64,000 nucleotides of DNA from Ktedonobacterales bacterium (GTDB lineage: Bacteria > Chloroflexota > Ktedonobacteria > Ktedonobacterales > DATBGS01): assembly GCA_036557885.1 (NCBI GenBank), contig DATBGS010000084.1, positions 2,314-66,313 of the forward strand, read 5' to 3'. How positions within the stretch are numbered: the first letter of the stretch is position 1; each line of letters opens with the position of its first letter. Shown piece by piece: positions 9,136 to 17,269 of this stretch. The notes under the pieces were generated by a model. It ran no database searches. It worked only from the letters and a program-made list of their open reading frames with translations, and was not told the DNA's origin. Both the position numbers and the translations under genes were made by a program.

Positions 9136-9882
9136 ATGCCCACCGCCAGGTCTGCCCCCAAAAAAAGTCCGGCAACCACGCGCCCCAACGGAAACGGCAA
9201 GGACAAAAACAAAAAGAAAACGCTGGCGCAGCCCGCGCCCGACGCCGTTAGCATAGACGCGGCACCAGACCAGAGCTGGCTGCTCATTGCGCTGGTGCTG
9301 TTGGGGGGCATGTCGTCGCTGGCGGTGGAGATGGTCGCGGCGCGGCTGATGGCGCCCTATTTTGGCGATTCGCAGTTTGTGTGGGCCACGCTGATTGGGC
9401 TGACGCTGATCTACCTGACGATTGGCTACGCGCTGGGCGGGCGGCTGGCTGACCGCGCGCCGCGTTCACTGGCGCTCTATCAACTGACGGCTGTGGCCGC
9501 CGCAACCATCGGCTTGATCCCACCGCTGGCCTCCGTCGTTCTGGGTTGGGCTGCCGAAGCCTTTGGTCGTCCAGACAGCGACATCACCGCCGGACCACTC
9601 ATCGCGGCGCTCGTGCTGTTCTCGCTGCCCGTCACGCTGCTGGGCTGCGTCTCGCCGTATGCCATCCGGCTGCGCGTCAAAGCGGTGGGCACAGCGGGCA
9701 GCACCGCTGGCCGCCTCTACGCGCTCTCCACCGTTGGCAGCATCCTGGGCACGTTTGTGCCCGTCTTCTGGCTGATGCCTCACTACGGCGTGCGTGCCAC
9801 CATCTTTCTTTTCGCCGGGATGCTGATGGCAATTTCAGCAGCGGGGATGCTTGTCCAGCGGCGATCTGCCCAACAGCACTGA
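9136..9882 (+). CDS. polytopic membrane protein resembling the N-terminal membrane module of fused membrane/spermidine-synthase-like proteins
   Basis: A basic N-terminus is followed by several TM helices. LAVEMVAARLMAPYFGDSQFVWATLIGLTLIYLTIGYALGGRLADR resembles the membrane part of SpeE-like fusion proteins. No methyltransferase-fold domain follows. Confidence 0.55.
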   Translation: MPTARSAPKKSPATTRPNGNGKDKNKKKTLAQPAPDAVSIDAAPDQSWLLIALVLLGGMSSLAVEMVAARLMAPYFGDSQFVWATLIGLTLIYLTIGYALGGRLADRAPRSLALYQLTAVAAATIGLIPPLASVVLGWAAEAFGRPDSDITAGPLIAALVLFSLPVTLLGCVSPYAIRLRVKAVGTAGSTAGRLYALSTVGSILGTFVPVFWLMPHYGVRATIFLFAGMLMAISAAGMLVQRRSAQQH

Positions 9883-9894
9883 GAGAGTACACGG

Positions 9895-10560
9895 TTGACC
9901 AGTCAAAACCAGCCCCCAAGGATTTCACCGCCGCGTAATACCCGTAATACCCCTGCCGATACCTGGCGCTGGATGCGCTTTGATCTGCCGACGCGAGTTA
10001 TTCCGCTGCTCGTGGGGCCGCTGCTCGTGGCCTGGCTTTTTCATCTCCCGCTGGCAGAAATTGGTCTGCCCGCCCTTTCCTGGGAGCAGGCGGCGCAGCA
10101 GATCGGCCTGGGGCTGGCGATTGGCCTGCCCTTTGGCGTGATTGCGGCCACCTATCGCGCGCTCATCCTGCCCCGCTTTCGCCTGCCCACGCTCAGCGAT
10201 CACGCCTTCCAGAGCGCCTACTATCTTTTGCTCAACGCGCCCGCCGAGGAACTGTTTTACCGGGGGCTGGTGCTGACGCTGGTGGCCCGCTGGAGCGGTT
10301 CTATCGCGTTGGGCTGGCTGGTCAGCACCGCGCTCTACGCGCTTTATCACCGGCTGGGGCGCTGGAGTTGGCTGAGCGTGGCGGGTGTGGCGGTGGCCGG
10401 GGCGCTCTTTAGCACATTGTATGTCCTTCAGCCCGCGCCACGCTCCATCTTGCTGCCAGTGGTGGTGCATGGGCTGACCACCTGCGCCTTCCTCAACATG
10501 GGCGATGTGGCAGCCTTTCTGCGCGCGCGCAGAAAGCTGGCACGCGCGCAAAACGCCTGA
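9895..10560 (+). CDS. CPBP-family intramembrane glutamic endopeptidase (CAAX protease-like)
   Basis: Motifs EELFYRG, LYALYH and VVVHGLTTCAFLN appear in the expected order. The start (TTG 9895) is uncertain. Confidence 0.75.
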   Translation: MTSQNQPPRISPPRNTRNTPADTWRWMRFDLPTRVIPLLVGPLLVAWLFHLPLAEIGLPALSWEQAAQQIGLGLAIGLPFGVIAATYRALILPRFRLPTLSDHAFQSAYYLLLNAPAEELFYRGLVLTLVARWSGSIALGWLVSTALYALYHRLGRWSWLSVAGVAVAGALFSTLYVLQPAPRSILLPVVVHGLTTCAFLNMGDVAAFLRARRKLARAQNA

Positions 10561-10575
10561 CGCGCGCGCAAGAGA

Positions 10576-10611
10576 GCGCGGGCCGGACACACAAAGTTGT
10601 CCGGCCCGCGC
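10576..10611. terminator. 14-bp GC-rich hairpin between convergent genes
   Basis: GCGCGGGCCGGACA (10576-10589) pairs with TGTCCGGCCCGCGC (10598-10611) around an 8-nt loop. It lies between stops 10560 (+) and 10637 (-). Confidence 0.55.
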
Positions 10612-10636
10612 TGGCTGTGTCTGAACCCTGGCAGCG

Positions 10637-11527
10637 CTATTCCCCGCTGGGGAAGGTGAATGCCTGTACGGGAATTAAGGGCGTTCCATATTCGAGATAG
10701 ATAATCTGGTGGGCCGCCAGCGTAAGCTGGCTGGGATCGCCCGTATAGGGCTGCAAATTGCCAGGGGGCGTGGAGGTAAAGACTCCCGTCTCATCCGGCT
10801 GCTGACTGGCGTCCGGCGTATAGACATAGGCCGTCAGCGTATTAGTGGCGTCTATCTTATGGCCCATGAAGCTGGTTGAAGACCACTGCGCGCCCCAGAT
10901 GTCGAAGAATTGCTTGAGTTGGAAGGTCTTGCCTGCCGGAGCCTCAATGTGGATGTCACCTTGATCGCCATCAATATCATGGGTGTGCAGCCAATAAAAG
11001 CAGCCTGGCGTCTGGCGTCCCACGTCAGTTGGAACCTGCACCGGATCGCCATTCACATAGACTTGCAGATGCGCGTGATAGTGCGACGCCGACTGCTCCA
11101 GCGCATCGCAGCTAATCCCATCAATGGCAACACCCCTGGTATAGGGAGGGCCAGGTACGGTAAGGAAGACTTGATAAAAGATGAATGCGCCTATAGCAAT
11201 CACCCCAACAGCCACGCCGCCCCATCCCAGAAATTTTTTGTTGCGCTGCTTGCGCAGTTCCTCTTCGCGCTGCCTGCGGCGCTCATCCAGCTTGCGGTTA
11301 ATCTCCTCGCGGCGCGCCTCGTGCTTCAGATCGCGTTTGCTCGCCTGCGGGACCGGCGGCTGGGTTCTTTCCTTCTGCGCTGCCGGTTTCACCACCACGC
11401 TTGAGGTGGTAGATTTCCCAGAGGTAGCGCTGTTTTTCTGCTGGGTCGTCGCTTTCCCAGAAGAATTCTTCCCGGCTGGTTGACCAGGCTTGGGCTTGGG
11501 CTTTTGTGTATTATTTGGGGTTCCCAT
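10637..11527 (-). CDS. membrane-anchored protein with basic N-terminus and His-rich extracytoplasmic domain (unknown function)
   Basis: ORF trimmed to ATG 11527 (MGTPNNTQKPKPKPGQ). It has one TM segment (WGGVAVGVIAIGAFIFYQVFL). The C-terminal YHAHLQVYVNG...FYWLHTHD...IHIEAP block recurs in hypothetical proteins as recalled. Confidence 0.6.
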   Translation of the reverse strand: MGTPNNTQKPKPKPGQPAGKNSSGKATTQQKNSATSGKSTTSSVVVKPAAQKERTQPPVPQASKRDLKHEARREEINRKLDERRRQREEELRKQRNKKFLGWGGVAVGVIAIGAFIFYQVFLTVPGPPYTRGVAIDGISCDALEQSASHYHAHLQVYVNGDPVQVPTDVGRQTPGCFYWLHTHDIDGDQGDIHIEAPAGKTFQLKQFFDIWGAQWSSTSFMGHKIDATNTLTAYVYTPDASQQPDETGVFTSTPPGNLQPYTGDPSQLTLAAHQIIYLEYGTPLIPVQAFTFPSGE

Positions 11528-11709
11528 GCGTGCCTCTTTGTACCATTCCCCCAACCGCAAAACGCGCTTGGATCGAAATTGAATTTGACATCTGTACCCT
11601 ACTGACGAACCGCCAGGAAGATCTGTGTCATTACGTTCTGCCTCAGTATATCGCCTCAGTTTTGGTCCCGTCAACGACACCAGCCCAATTTCCGACGACC
11701 ACGAGCCAG

Positions 11710-12582
11710 CTAGCTGCCTGGCAGGGTTGCCAGCGCGTGCTCAACGGCCAGCGGCACCTCAATGCGATACTCCACGCTGCGCATGGCACGCAGCACCGGC
11801 TCCAGAAAAGAACGCAGTTGTGGGTGATGCTGGGCATGCAGCGCGTAGGCCGAAGTTTCCATCAGCCAGGGAGTGAGCGGGGCAGTGCTCAGCAGGTGCA
11901 AAATGGGGCGCACTACCGGGGTTCCCATCGTGGAGAGCGTTCGCGCGGCCATCCATGCAACGGAATAGTCATGATCGGCCAACGCCTGAACCATTATTGG
12001 AAGCCCGCGCCGCTCATGGAAGCTGCCCAGCAGCCGCAGCGCGTGCCAGCGTGCTCCTGCTTCGGGCGAACGCGCCGCTTCCAGCAGCGTCGGAACGGCA
12101 GATTCGCCCAGCATCCCCAGCAAATGCGCCGCTTCCGCGTTTAAGGCCGGGCGCGCATCGCGCAGCCCGCCGAGTAAGACCTGCTGCGACAACCCGGCTG
12201 GCGCGGCAGACAAAAAGAGCGCGCGCACCCTGTTGCGCAAGGGCGGCTGGCGCAGCGCGAGCGGCACTTTGAACGGTTTCCCCGCCCAGGTGCCCAGGGC
12301 CAGCCACTCCAGCAAGCGCTCAAATAGGCGAGCATCAGAGCAGATCCGAATGGCCTCCAGCGCCTCGCGGTTGTCTTCGCCAATCCAGTGCAGCAGACGC
12401 CAGGCAGCCCCACGCTTGCCCTGGGCAGCGGCAACCACCAATTCTGCGGCTGGCGTCGTCCCAACGGGCGGCGGGAGCGCCTCTGGCAGGGCAGTCTGGT
12501 TTGCCAGAAACGCGGCATCAAGCGCGGCATCGGGGAGTGGCTCACCAGGAGGCGATGGCTCCGGCTCCTGTGGTGGCAACAT
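11710..12582 (-). CDS. HEAT / PBS-lyase-like repeat protein
   Basis: ORF trimmed to ATG 12582 (RBS CAGGAGG). Repeats of the type LRDARPALNAEAAHLLGMLG, SPEAGARWHALRLLGS and DHDYSVAWMAARTLSTMG are present. Confidence 0.6.
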   Translation of the reverse strand: MLPPQEPEPSPPGEPLPDAALDAAFLANQTALPEALPPPVGTTPAAELVVAAAQGKRGAAWRLLHWIGEDNREALEAIRICSDARLFERLLEWLALGTWAGKPFKVPLALRQPPLRNRVRALFLSAAPAGLSQQVLLGGLRDARPALNAEAAHLLGMLGESAVPTLLEAARSPEAGARWHALRLLGSFHERRGLPIMVQALADHDYSVAWMAARTLSTMGTPVVRPILHLLSTAPLTPWLMETSAYALHAQHHPQLRSFLEPVLRAMRSVEYRIEVPLAVEHALATLPGS

Positions 12583-13227
12583 GGTTAACCTCCTGATAAT
12601 GCAGCAAAAACAAATTACATCAGCCCCACATCTCCCAAAATGGATAGTGGGCAGCGCAAGCAGAATGTGTGCCTGGGGTTGAAGGCGCGGCAGTGCAAAG
12701 CCTGGGGCACTGGTTGTAAAAAACCAGTGCCCCAGGTATCTACCAGAGCAGGAGGTCAAGAAAGAGAAGGAGCAGGTTCCGCCAATGGGGAACGCCCACT
12801 CCAATGCTCTCCTATTATAGAACACCCTTTCTAAAAACGCAAGTAATCTGGCGAAAGTTCTGGCTGCACCAGTGTGCCAGATATTGCGAAACCCCTGTCA
12901 CTATGATATATTCTTTACTGATACGTAGACCTGGAAGCAAGGAGCTTTGAGGACGAACCAGTACCGTAGTTGTGTTGTTTATCAATTGATTGGACATTCC
13001 GCACACCCCACACCGGGCCAGTTCCGGTAAAAGCATGCGTGATGCGCATGGTTTCTGGGGTGTTTTTGTGGTGTTTGAAAGGACACCTGTATGTGTACCG
13101 ATGGCAGTGCTATAGCCACTCGCAAAACTTGCAACGACTTGATGGGAAGCTATCTTTCCTGGTATATCGCCTGTTGCTGTACAGGCAATAGCTAGCGGCG
13201 TTGTCGCCGTGTAAGGAGCGTGACACG

Positions 13228-14988
13228 TTGTTCGGCCCTCACCTGATTATTGATGGGAGCAAGTGCAACACCCAGAAGCTGGCAGATCGCATTCTGATAG
13301 AGCAACTCCTCAACGATTACCCCCGCGCCATTGGGATGACTAAAATTGGCGGGCCATACATGTTCGAGTACCAGGCCCCCGACCCGGCGTATTCTGGCGT
13401 TTCTGGCCTGGTCGTCATTGCCGAAAGCCATATCGCCATTCACACCTTCCCCGAACTCGACTACTTCACGATGGACATCTTCTCGTGCCGCAACTTTGAC
13501 CACGAGACGGCGATTGCCTATATCAAAGATGCCCTGGAAGTCAAAGAAATGGACCGCATGCTGGTGCAGCGCGGCCTGAGCTTTCATGGCCCGCATCACG
13601 GCGCCTTTGGCTCCGATGCGGAAACCGGCAAACCGCTGCACCGCGCCGCCGGGCGACGCGCCGAAGACCTGGCGCTGGCCGGGCACGAAGCCGAAATACA
13701 GGAGCACGTGGCTCGCCGCGATGAGCGCGTCCAGCAGTATAACGACAATGGCCGCATGATCTGGCCGCAATATGGCGCGACGCCTGACATTGGCACCTAC
13801 GGCGCCCATGCACCAGACCCGCAGGCTGGCAAAACACCGGGGAACGTCAACAGCACCCAGGCACCTACTTATGCGGCCCAGAAGCCGCTCTATCCCTCCA
13901 GGGGGCATCTGGTTATTCGCGTGGTACATACCCGCGCCGGGGCACGCCTTCTCGAATCGGTGGTGGAGGAAACCGCGCCCGCAGACACGGCCCAGAAGCA
14001 CACAGCAACACAGCCCGCGCAGGCCGCCATCACACTTGAGGTGACACCCACCGAGCCGGTGCAGGTGAATCCAACGGCTTCTATGAGCGGCTTGTTGGAT
14101 AAAATGGGCGGCATGGGTGCCGAGGGACGCAAGGTATCCAGCGCCCTTGACCTCTGGGAGCGCATGGTGCGCGACCCCGATTGCACCATCTTGCTTGGCC
14201 TGGCCGGGCCGCTGATTCCCGCCGGGGCGCGCGAATTGATCGTCTACCTGATCGAGCATCGGCTGATTGATGGCATCGTTGCCAATGGCACCAACCTGTT
14301 CCACGATCTGCACGAGGCGCGCGGCGCGCGGCATTACCAGGGCACCGATCAGGTGCATGACGCCGACCTGCTGGCCGCAGGCTACGAGCGCCAGGCCGAC
14401 CTGTTTGCTTCTCACGATGAACTGCGCCAGACCGAACAGATGGTCAGCGACTTTAGCGCCACGCTCGGCCAGGAGGCACAGCTTTCGACCAGCGCCTTTT
14501 TCCGGCGGCTGGGCGCGGCACTGCGCCATATGGCTCCGCGTAAGGGCATCATCCAGGCGGCAGCCGAGGCGGGCCTGCCCATCTACGCGCCAGACATCAG
14601 TGCCAGCCCCTTTGGGACGGCGCTGGCAACGGCGCGTGCAAAGGCGCAAGCCAGAGTGCAGTTTGACACCATCGGGGACGCGCTGGAATTGGCGGGGGTG
14701 CTGACGAGTGCGCAGCATTCTGGGGTCATTCTGGTGGGGAACGGCAACGCCTCCCCTGCTGACCTGCTGACACAGGCCGCGCGGCTGAGCCAACTGCCCA
14801 TCATCCATCACTACAGCGTGGCTCTGGGCAGTGGAGAATCATTGCCCGGACTGGAAAGCGTGGCTTCAGTCTCCGACCCAACCCTCACCTTGCCGCTGAT
14901 CGTTCACGCCCTGGCCCAGCGCTGCCCAGGCACGCGCCCTGCGCCCCGGCGCAAAGCGATTCCCGCCAATATGGTGATGGCCGAATAG
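13228..14988 (+). CDS. fusion protein: pyruvoyl S-adenosylmethionine-decarboxylase-like (SpeH type) N-domain + deoxyhypusine-synthase-like C-domain
   Basis: Single ORF 13201-14988. The likely start is TTG 13228, 8 nt after AAGGAG. The N-domain has VSGLVVIAESHIAIHTFPE and DIFSC. The C-domain has CTILLGLAGPLIPAGARELIVYLIEHRLIDGIVANGTN and AGLPIYAPDISASPFG. A ~160-aa low-complexity linker joins them. Confidence 0.8.
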   Translation: MFGPHLIIDGSKCNTQKLADRILIEQLLNDYPRAIGMTKIGGPYMFEYQAPDPAYSGVSGLVVIAESHIAIHTFPELDYFTMDIFSCRNFDHETAIAYIKDALEVKEMDRMLVQRGLSFHGPHHGAFGSDAETGKPLHRAAGRRAEDLALAGHEAEIQEHVARRDERVQQYNDNGRMIWPQYGATPDIGTYGAHAPDPQAGKTPGNVNSTQAPTYAAQKPLYPSRGHLVIRVVHTRAGARLLESVVEETAPADTAQKHTATQPAQAAITLEVTPTEPVQVNPTASMSGLLDKMGGMGAEGRKVSSALDLWERMVRDPDCTILLGLAGPLIPAGARELIVYLIEHRLIDGIVANGTNLFHDLHEARGARHYQGTDQVHDADLLAAGYERQADLFASHDELRQTEQMVSDFSATLGQEAQLSTSAFFRRLGAALRHMAPRKGIIQAAAEAGLPIYAPDISASPFGTALATARAKAQARVQFDTIGDALELAGVLTSAQHSGVILVGNGNASPADLLTQAARLSQLPIIHHYSVALGSGESLPGLESVASVSDPTLTLPLIVHALAQRCPGTRPAPRRKAIPANMVMAE

Positions 14989-15023
14989 CTTAGGCAAACG
15001 TTTTTTGCCCAGGCGGGCAAACG

Positions 15024-15062
15024 GAGCAGGCGCCAACGAGATGCCCTCGTTGGCGCCTGCTC
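15024..15062. terminator. 17-bp perfect hairpin between convergent genes
   Basis: GAGCAGGCGCCAACGAG (15024-15040), loop ATGCC, CTCGTTGGCGCCTGCTC (15046-15062). It lies between stops 14988 (+) and 15073 (-). Confidence 0.65.
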
Positions 15063-15072
15063 TGTGCTTTCG

Positions 15073-15663
15073 TCATGGTTTTGGCAGGTCAGGCCACTTC
15101 TCCACAAGCCGCTGAGGTCTGTAGTCCAGCAGTTCATCAAGCAGCGCGGCGGGCGCCTCCGCGCGCCGCAGCAGGCTGAGGTGTTGAGGCGGGATGAAGC
15201 CTTCCTGAGCCACATGGCGCAAAAACGCCAGCAGTGGCGCAAAAAACTGCTCGACATCCAGCAAGCCAATCGGTTTGGCATGCAGGCCAATCTGCACCCA
15301 TGTCACCATCTCAAACAATTCATCCAGGGTGCCATAGCCGCCGGGCAGCGCAATAAACGCATCTGAAAGCTGCGCCATCAGCGCTTTGCGCTCGTGCATA
15401 CTCTCCACTTCGCGGAGTTCGGTCAGCCCGGTATGGGCCACTTCGCGCCGAAACAACCCGCGCGGCAGCACCCCAATCACCTCGCCGCCAGCCGCCAGCG
15501 CTGCGTCAGCCAGCACCCCCATCAACCCGACGCTGGACCCTCCATAGACCAGGCTGAGCTTGCGCCGCGCAAGTTCAGCGCCCAACGCGCGGGCCATCTC
15601 TCCATAGGCCGTGCGCGTCCCCGCGCTTGAGCCACAAAACACACAGATACGTTGCATCTCCAT
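15073..15663 (-). CDS. LOG-family (TIGR00730-type) nucleotide phosphoribohydrolase
   Basis: GGSSVGLMG and PGGYGTLDELFE motifs. ORF trimmed to ATG 15663; ATG 15657 is also possible. Confidence 0.85.
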   Translation of the reverse strand: MEMQRICVFCGSSAGTRTAYGEMARALGAELARRKLSLVYGGSSVGLMGVLADAALAAGGEVIGVLPRGLFRREVAHTGLTELREVESMHERKALMAQLSDAFIALPGGYGTLDELFEMVTWVQIGLHAKPIGLLDVEQFFAPLLAFLRHVAQEGFIPPQHLSLLRRAEAPAALLDELLDYRPQRLVEKWPDLPKP

Positions 15664-15756
15664 GCTCCCAGAATGTTGCTTGAGATTGTGCCATCCAAGC
15701 ATAGCCCACTGGACATGGCGATGCAACTACGTGCCGTTTACGCTAATTACAGAGAA

Positions 15757-15799
15757 GGGTCAGAAAGCCCCCGATCTTTAGTCGGGGGCTTTCTGACCC
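15757..15799. repeat. 18-bp perfect hairpin, candidate left-end (LE) structure of the element
   Basis: GGGTCAGAAAGCCCCCGA, loop TCTTTAG, TCGGGGGCTTTCTGACCC. There is no flanking T-run on either strand. The loop and stem top resemble the right-end hairpin. Confidence 0.5.
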
Positions 15800-15820
15800 T
15801 CGCCTCATGGTTCTGATATG

Positions 15821-15850
15821 TTGATAACATGGCTAGTTTTGTGCTACAAT
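15821..15850 (+). promoter_or_regulatory. near-consensus promoter with overlapping palindrome, probably giving a leaderless RHH transcript
   Basis: TTGATA (15821-15826), 18-nt spacer, TGc-TACAAT (15842-15850). The palindrome ATGTTGATAACAT (15818-15830) covers the -35. ATG 15857 starts 7 nt after the -10. Confidence 0.55.
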
Positions 15851-15856
15851 AGAAAC

Positions 15857-16051
15857 ATGAAAAAGGCGGCCCACTTTCTCTTAACTGAACAGGCTCGGCG
15901 GTTATTAGAGCGGCTTGCACAAACGGATGGCATTAGCAAGACAGCCATGTTGGAAATTGCCATCCGAGAAGCGGCACGTAAACGAGGCATTGATGCTCAT
16001 TCTGGACTACAAGCTGAGAGTCAACCAGACGCAACAAACCGCGATAGATGA
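15857..16051 (+). CDS. small ribbon-helix-helix (CopG/Arc-like) protein encoded inside the TnpB element
   Basis: MKKAAHFLLTEQARRLLERLAQTDGISKTAMLEIAIREAARKRG has an RHH pattern (beta-strand plus two helices). The tail overlaps the tnpB start in another frame. Confidence 0.5.
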   Translation: MKKAAHFLLTEQARRLLERLAQTDGISKTAMLEIAIREAARKRGIDAHSGLQAESQPDATNRDR

Positions 16052-17269
16052 AGCCATCCGCACCACACAGTTCATCAGGAACAAGTGTCTACGCAAGTGG
16101 ATGGATGGACGGGGCGTGGGTGATAACGACCTGCAAGTCTATTGCGCTCAGCTTGCCAAAGACTACTCTTTTGCTGCCTGCCTCAATTCCCAAGCTCGCC
16201 AAGCCAGTGCAGACCGCGCCTGGCTCTCCATTGCTCGCTTCTACAAAAACTGCCGGGAAAAGAAACCAGGGAAGAAAGGCTATCCCCAGTTTCCCTGCGA
16301 GCGCAGGGCAGGCAGCATGATAATCGTTCTGTCGAATACAAAACAACCGGCTGGCACTTAGAGCCAGATGGCACGCATCTCACCTTCACCGATGGGATAG
16401 GCATGGGCACGCTCCGCATCATGGGCGCCAACCCCACGCGCAAGAAGGCGCGCCCCATTGCCACCTTCCCCATTGGGCAGATCAAACGGGTACGACTGGT
16501 GAAACGGGCCGATGGGTACTACGTCCAGTTTGCCGTGAAAGCAGAGCGGAGCCTGCCCCATGCGCCAACCGGCAAACGGGTGGGTATTGATGTGGGACTG
16601 AAAGCCTTCTACACCGACTCGGAGGGAAACACGGTTGCCAATCCTCGCCATCTGCGCAAGGCGGAACGCAAGCTGAAGCGCTTGCATCGGCGCGTCTCAC
16701 GCAAACAGAAACGCTCGAAGAATCGTAAAAAGGCAATCAAACGCTTAGCAAAAGCGTATCTGAAAGTCCAAAGGCGGCGTAAAGACTTCGCCTGCAAGCA
16801 GGCGAGTACGTTGGTGAAATCTAGCGATTTTATTGCCTATGAAGACTTAAAGATTGCCCATCTGGTCAAGAATCACAAACTCGCCAAAAGCATCAGTGAT
16901 GCCAGTTGGGGGCTGTTCCTTTCCTGGCTGCGCTATTATGGTTGCATTGCCAATGTGCCCGTCATCGCGGTGTCGCCCAAGTTCACGAGCGCCGATTGCA
17001 GCGGGTGCGGGTATCGGGTGCACAAGAGCCTGAGTCAGCGTACCCATATCTGCCCCCAGTGTGGCTTGATCTTAGACCGGGATTGGAATGCCGCGCTCAA
17101 TATCTTGGCCGCCGCGCTCGCGTGGCTAGCCGCACACCCTGCGAGCGCAGGGCACAGCCGTACCGCTGGGCAAGCGGAAACGGGCCACTCGCAAGAGGGG
17201 CAAAACGCTTCGGGACAGACCGCCTCTACGAACGTGTTCGCCAGGGCACGTCGCAAACGGGCTGGTTGA
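15993..17269 (+). pseudogene. tnpB: IS605 OrfB-type RNA-guided endonuclease TnpB, split by one frameshift
   Basis: The N-part from ATG 15993 (MLILDYKLRVNQTQQTAIDEAIRTTQFIRNKCL...GYPQF) runs in one frame to stop 16361. The remainder (RSVEYKTTGWHL...GIDVGLK...IAYEDLKI...CSGCG...CPQCG...DRDWNAALNI) runs in the -1 frame to 17269. The switch lies near 16285-16320. Confidence 0.8.

Noticed and set aside
11710-12582. HEAT-repeat protein as a true deoxyhypusine hydroxylase
   Set aside because: DOHH repeats carry His-Glu metal ligands (VRHEAAEALG type, from memory). Here the equivalent positions read NAEAAHLLG, ARWHALRLLG and VAWMAARTLS. Only the fold class is shared.
12815-13036. 73-codon minus-strand ORF in the long leader upstream of the fusion gene
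   Set aside because: It has no RBS and no motif, and it overlaps other equally weak ORFs. The region is treated as a leader or regulatory region instead.
13192-14811. 539-codon ORF antisense to the decarboxylase/DHS-like fusion
   Set aside because: It is fully antisense to an ORF with two recognisable domains. It is Arg/Gly/Ala-rich with no motif and no RBS. This is a typical high-GC shadow ORF.
15757-15799. 18-bp hairpin as an intrinsic terminator
   Set aside because: There is no T-run on either strand, and no gene ends next to it (LOG and the RHH gene both start here). Its loop and stem top match the hairpin at the other end of the TnpB element, so an IS end is the better reading.
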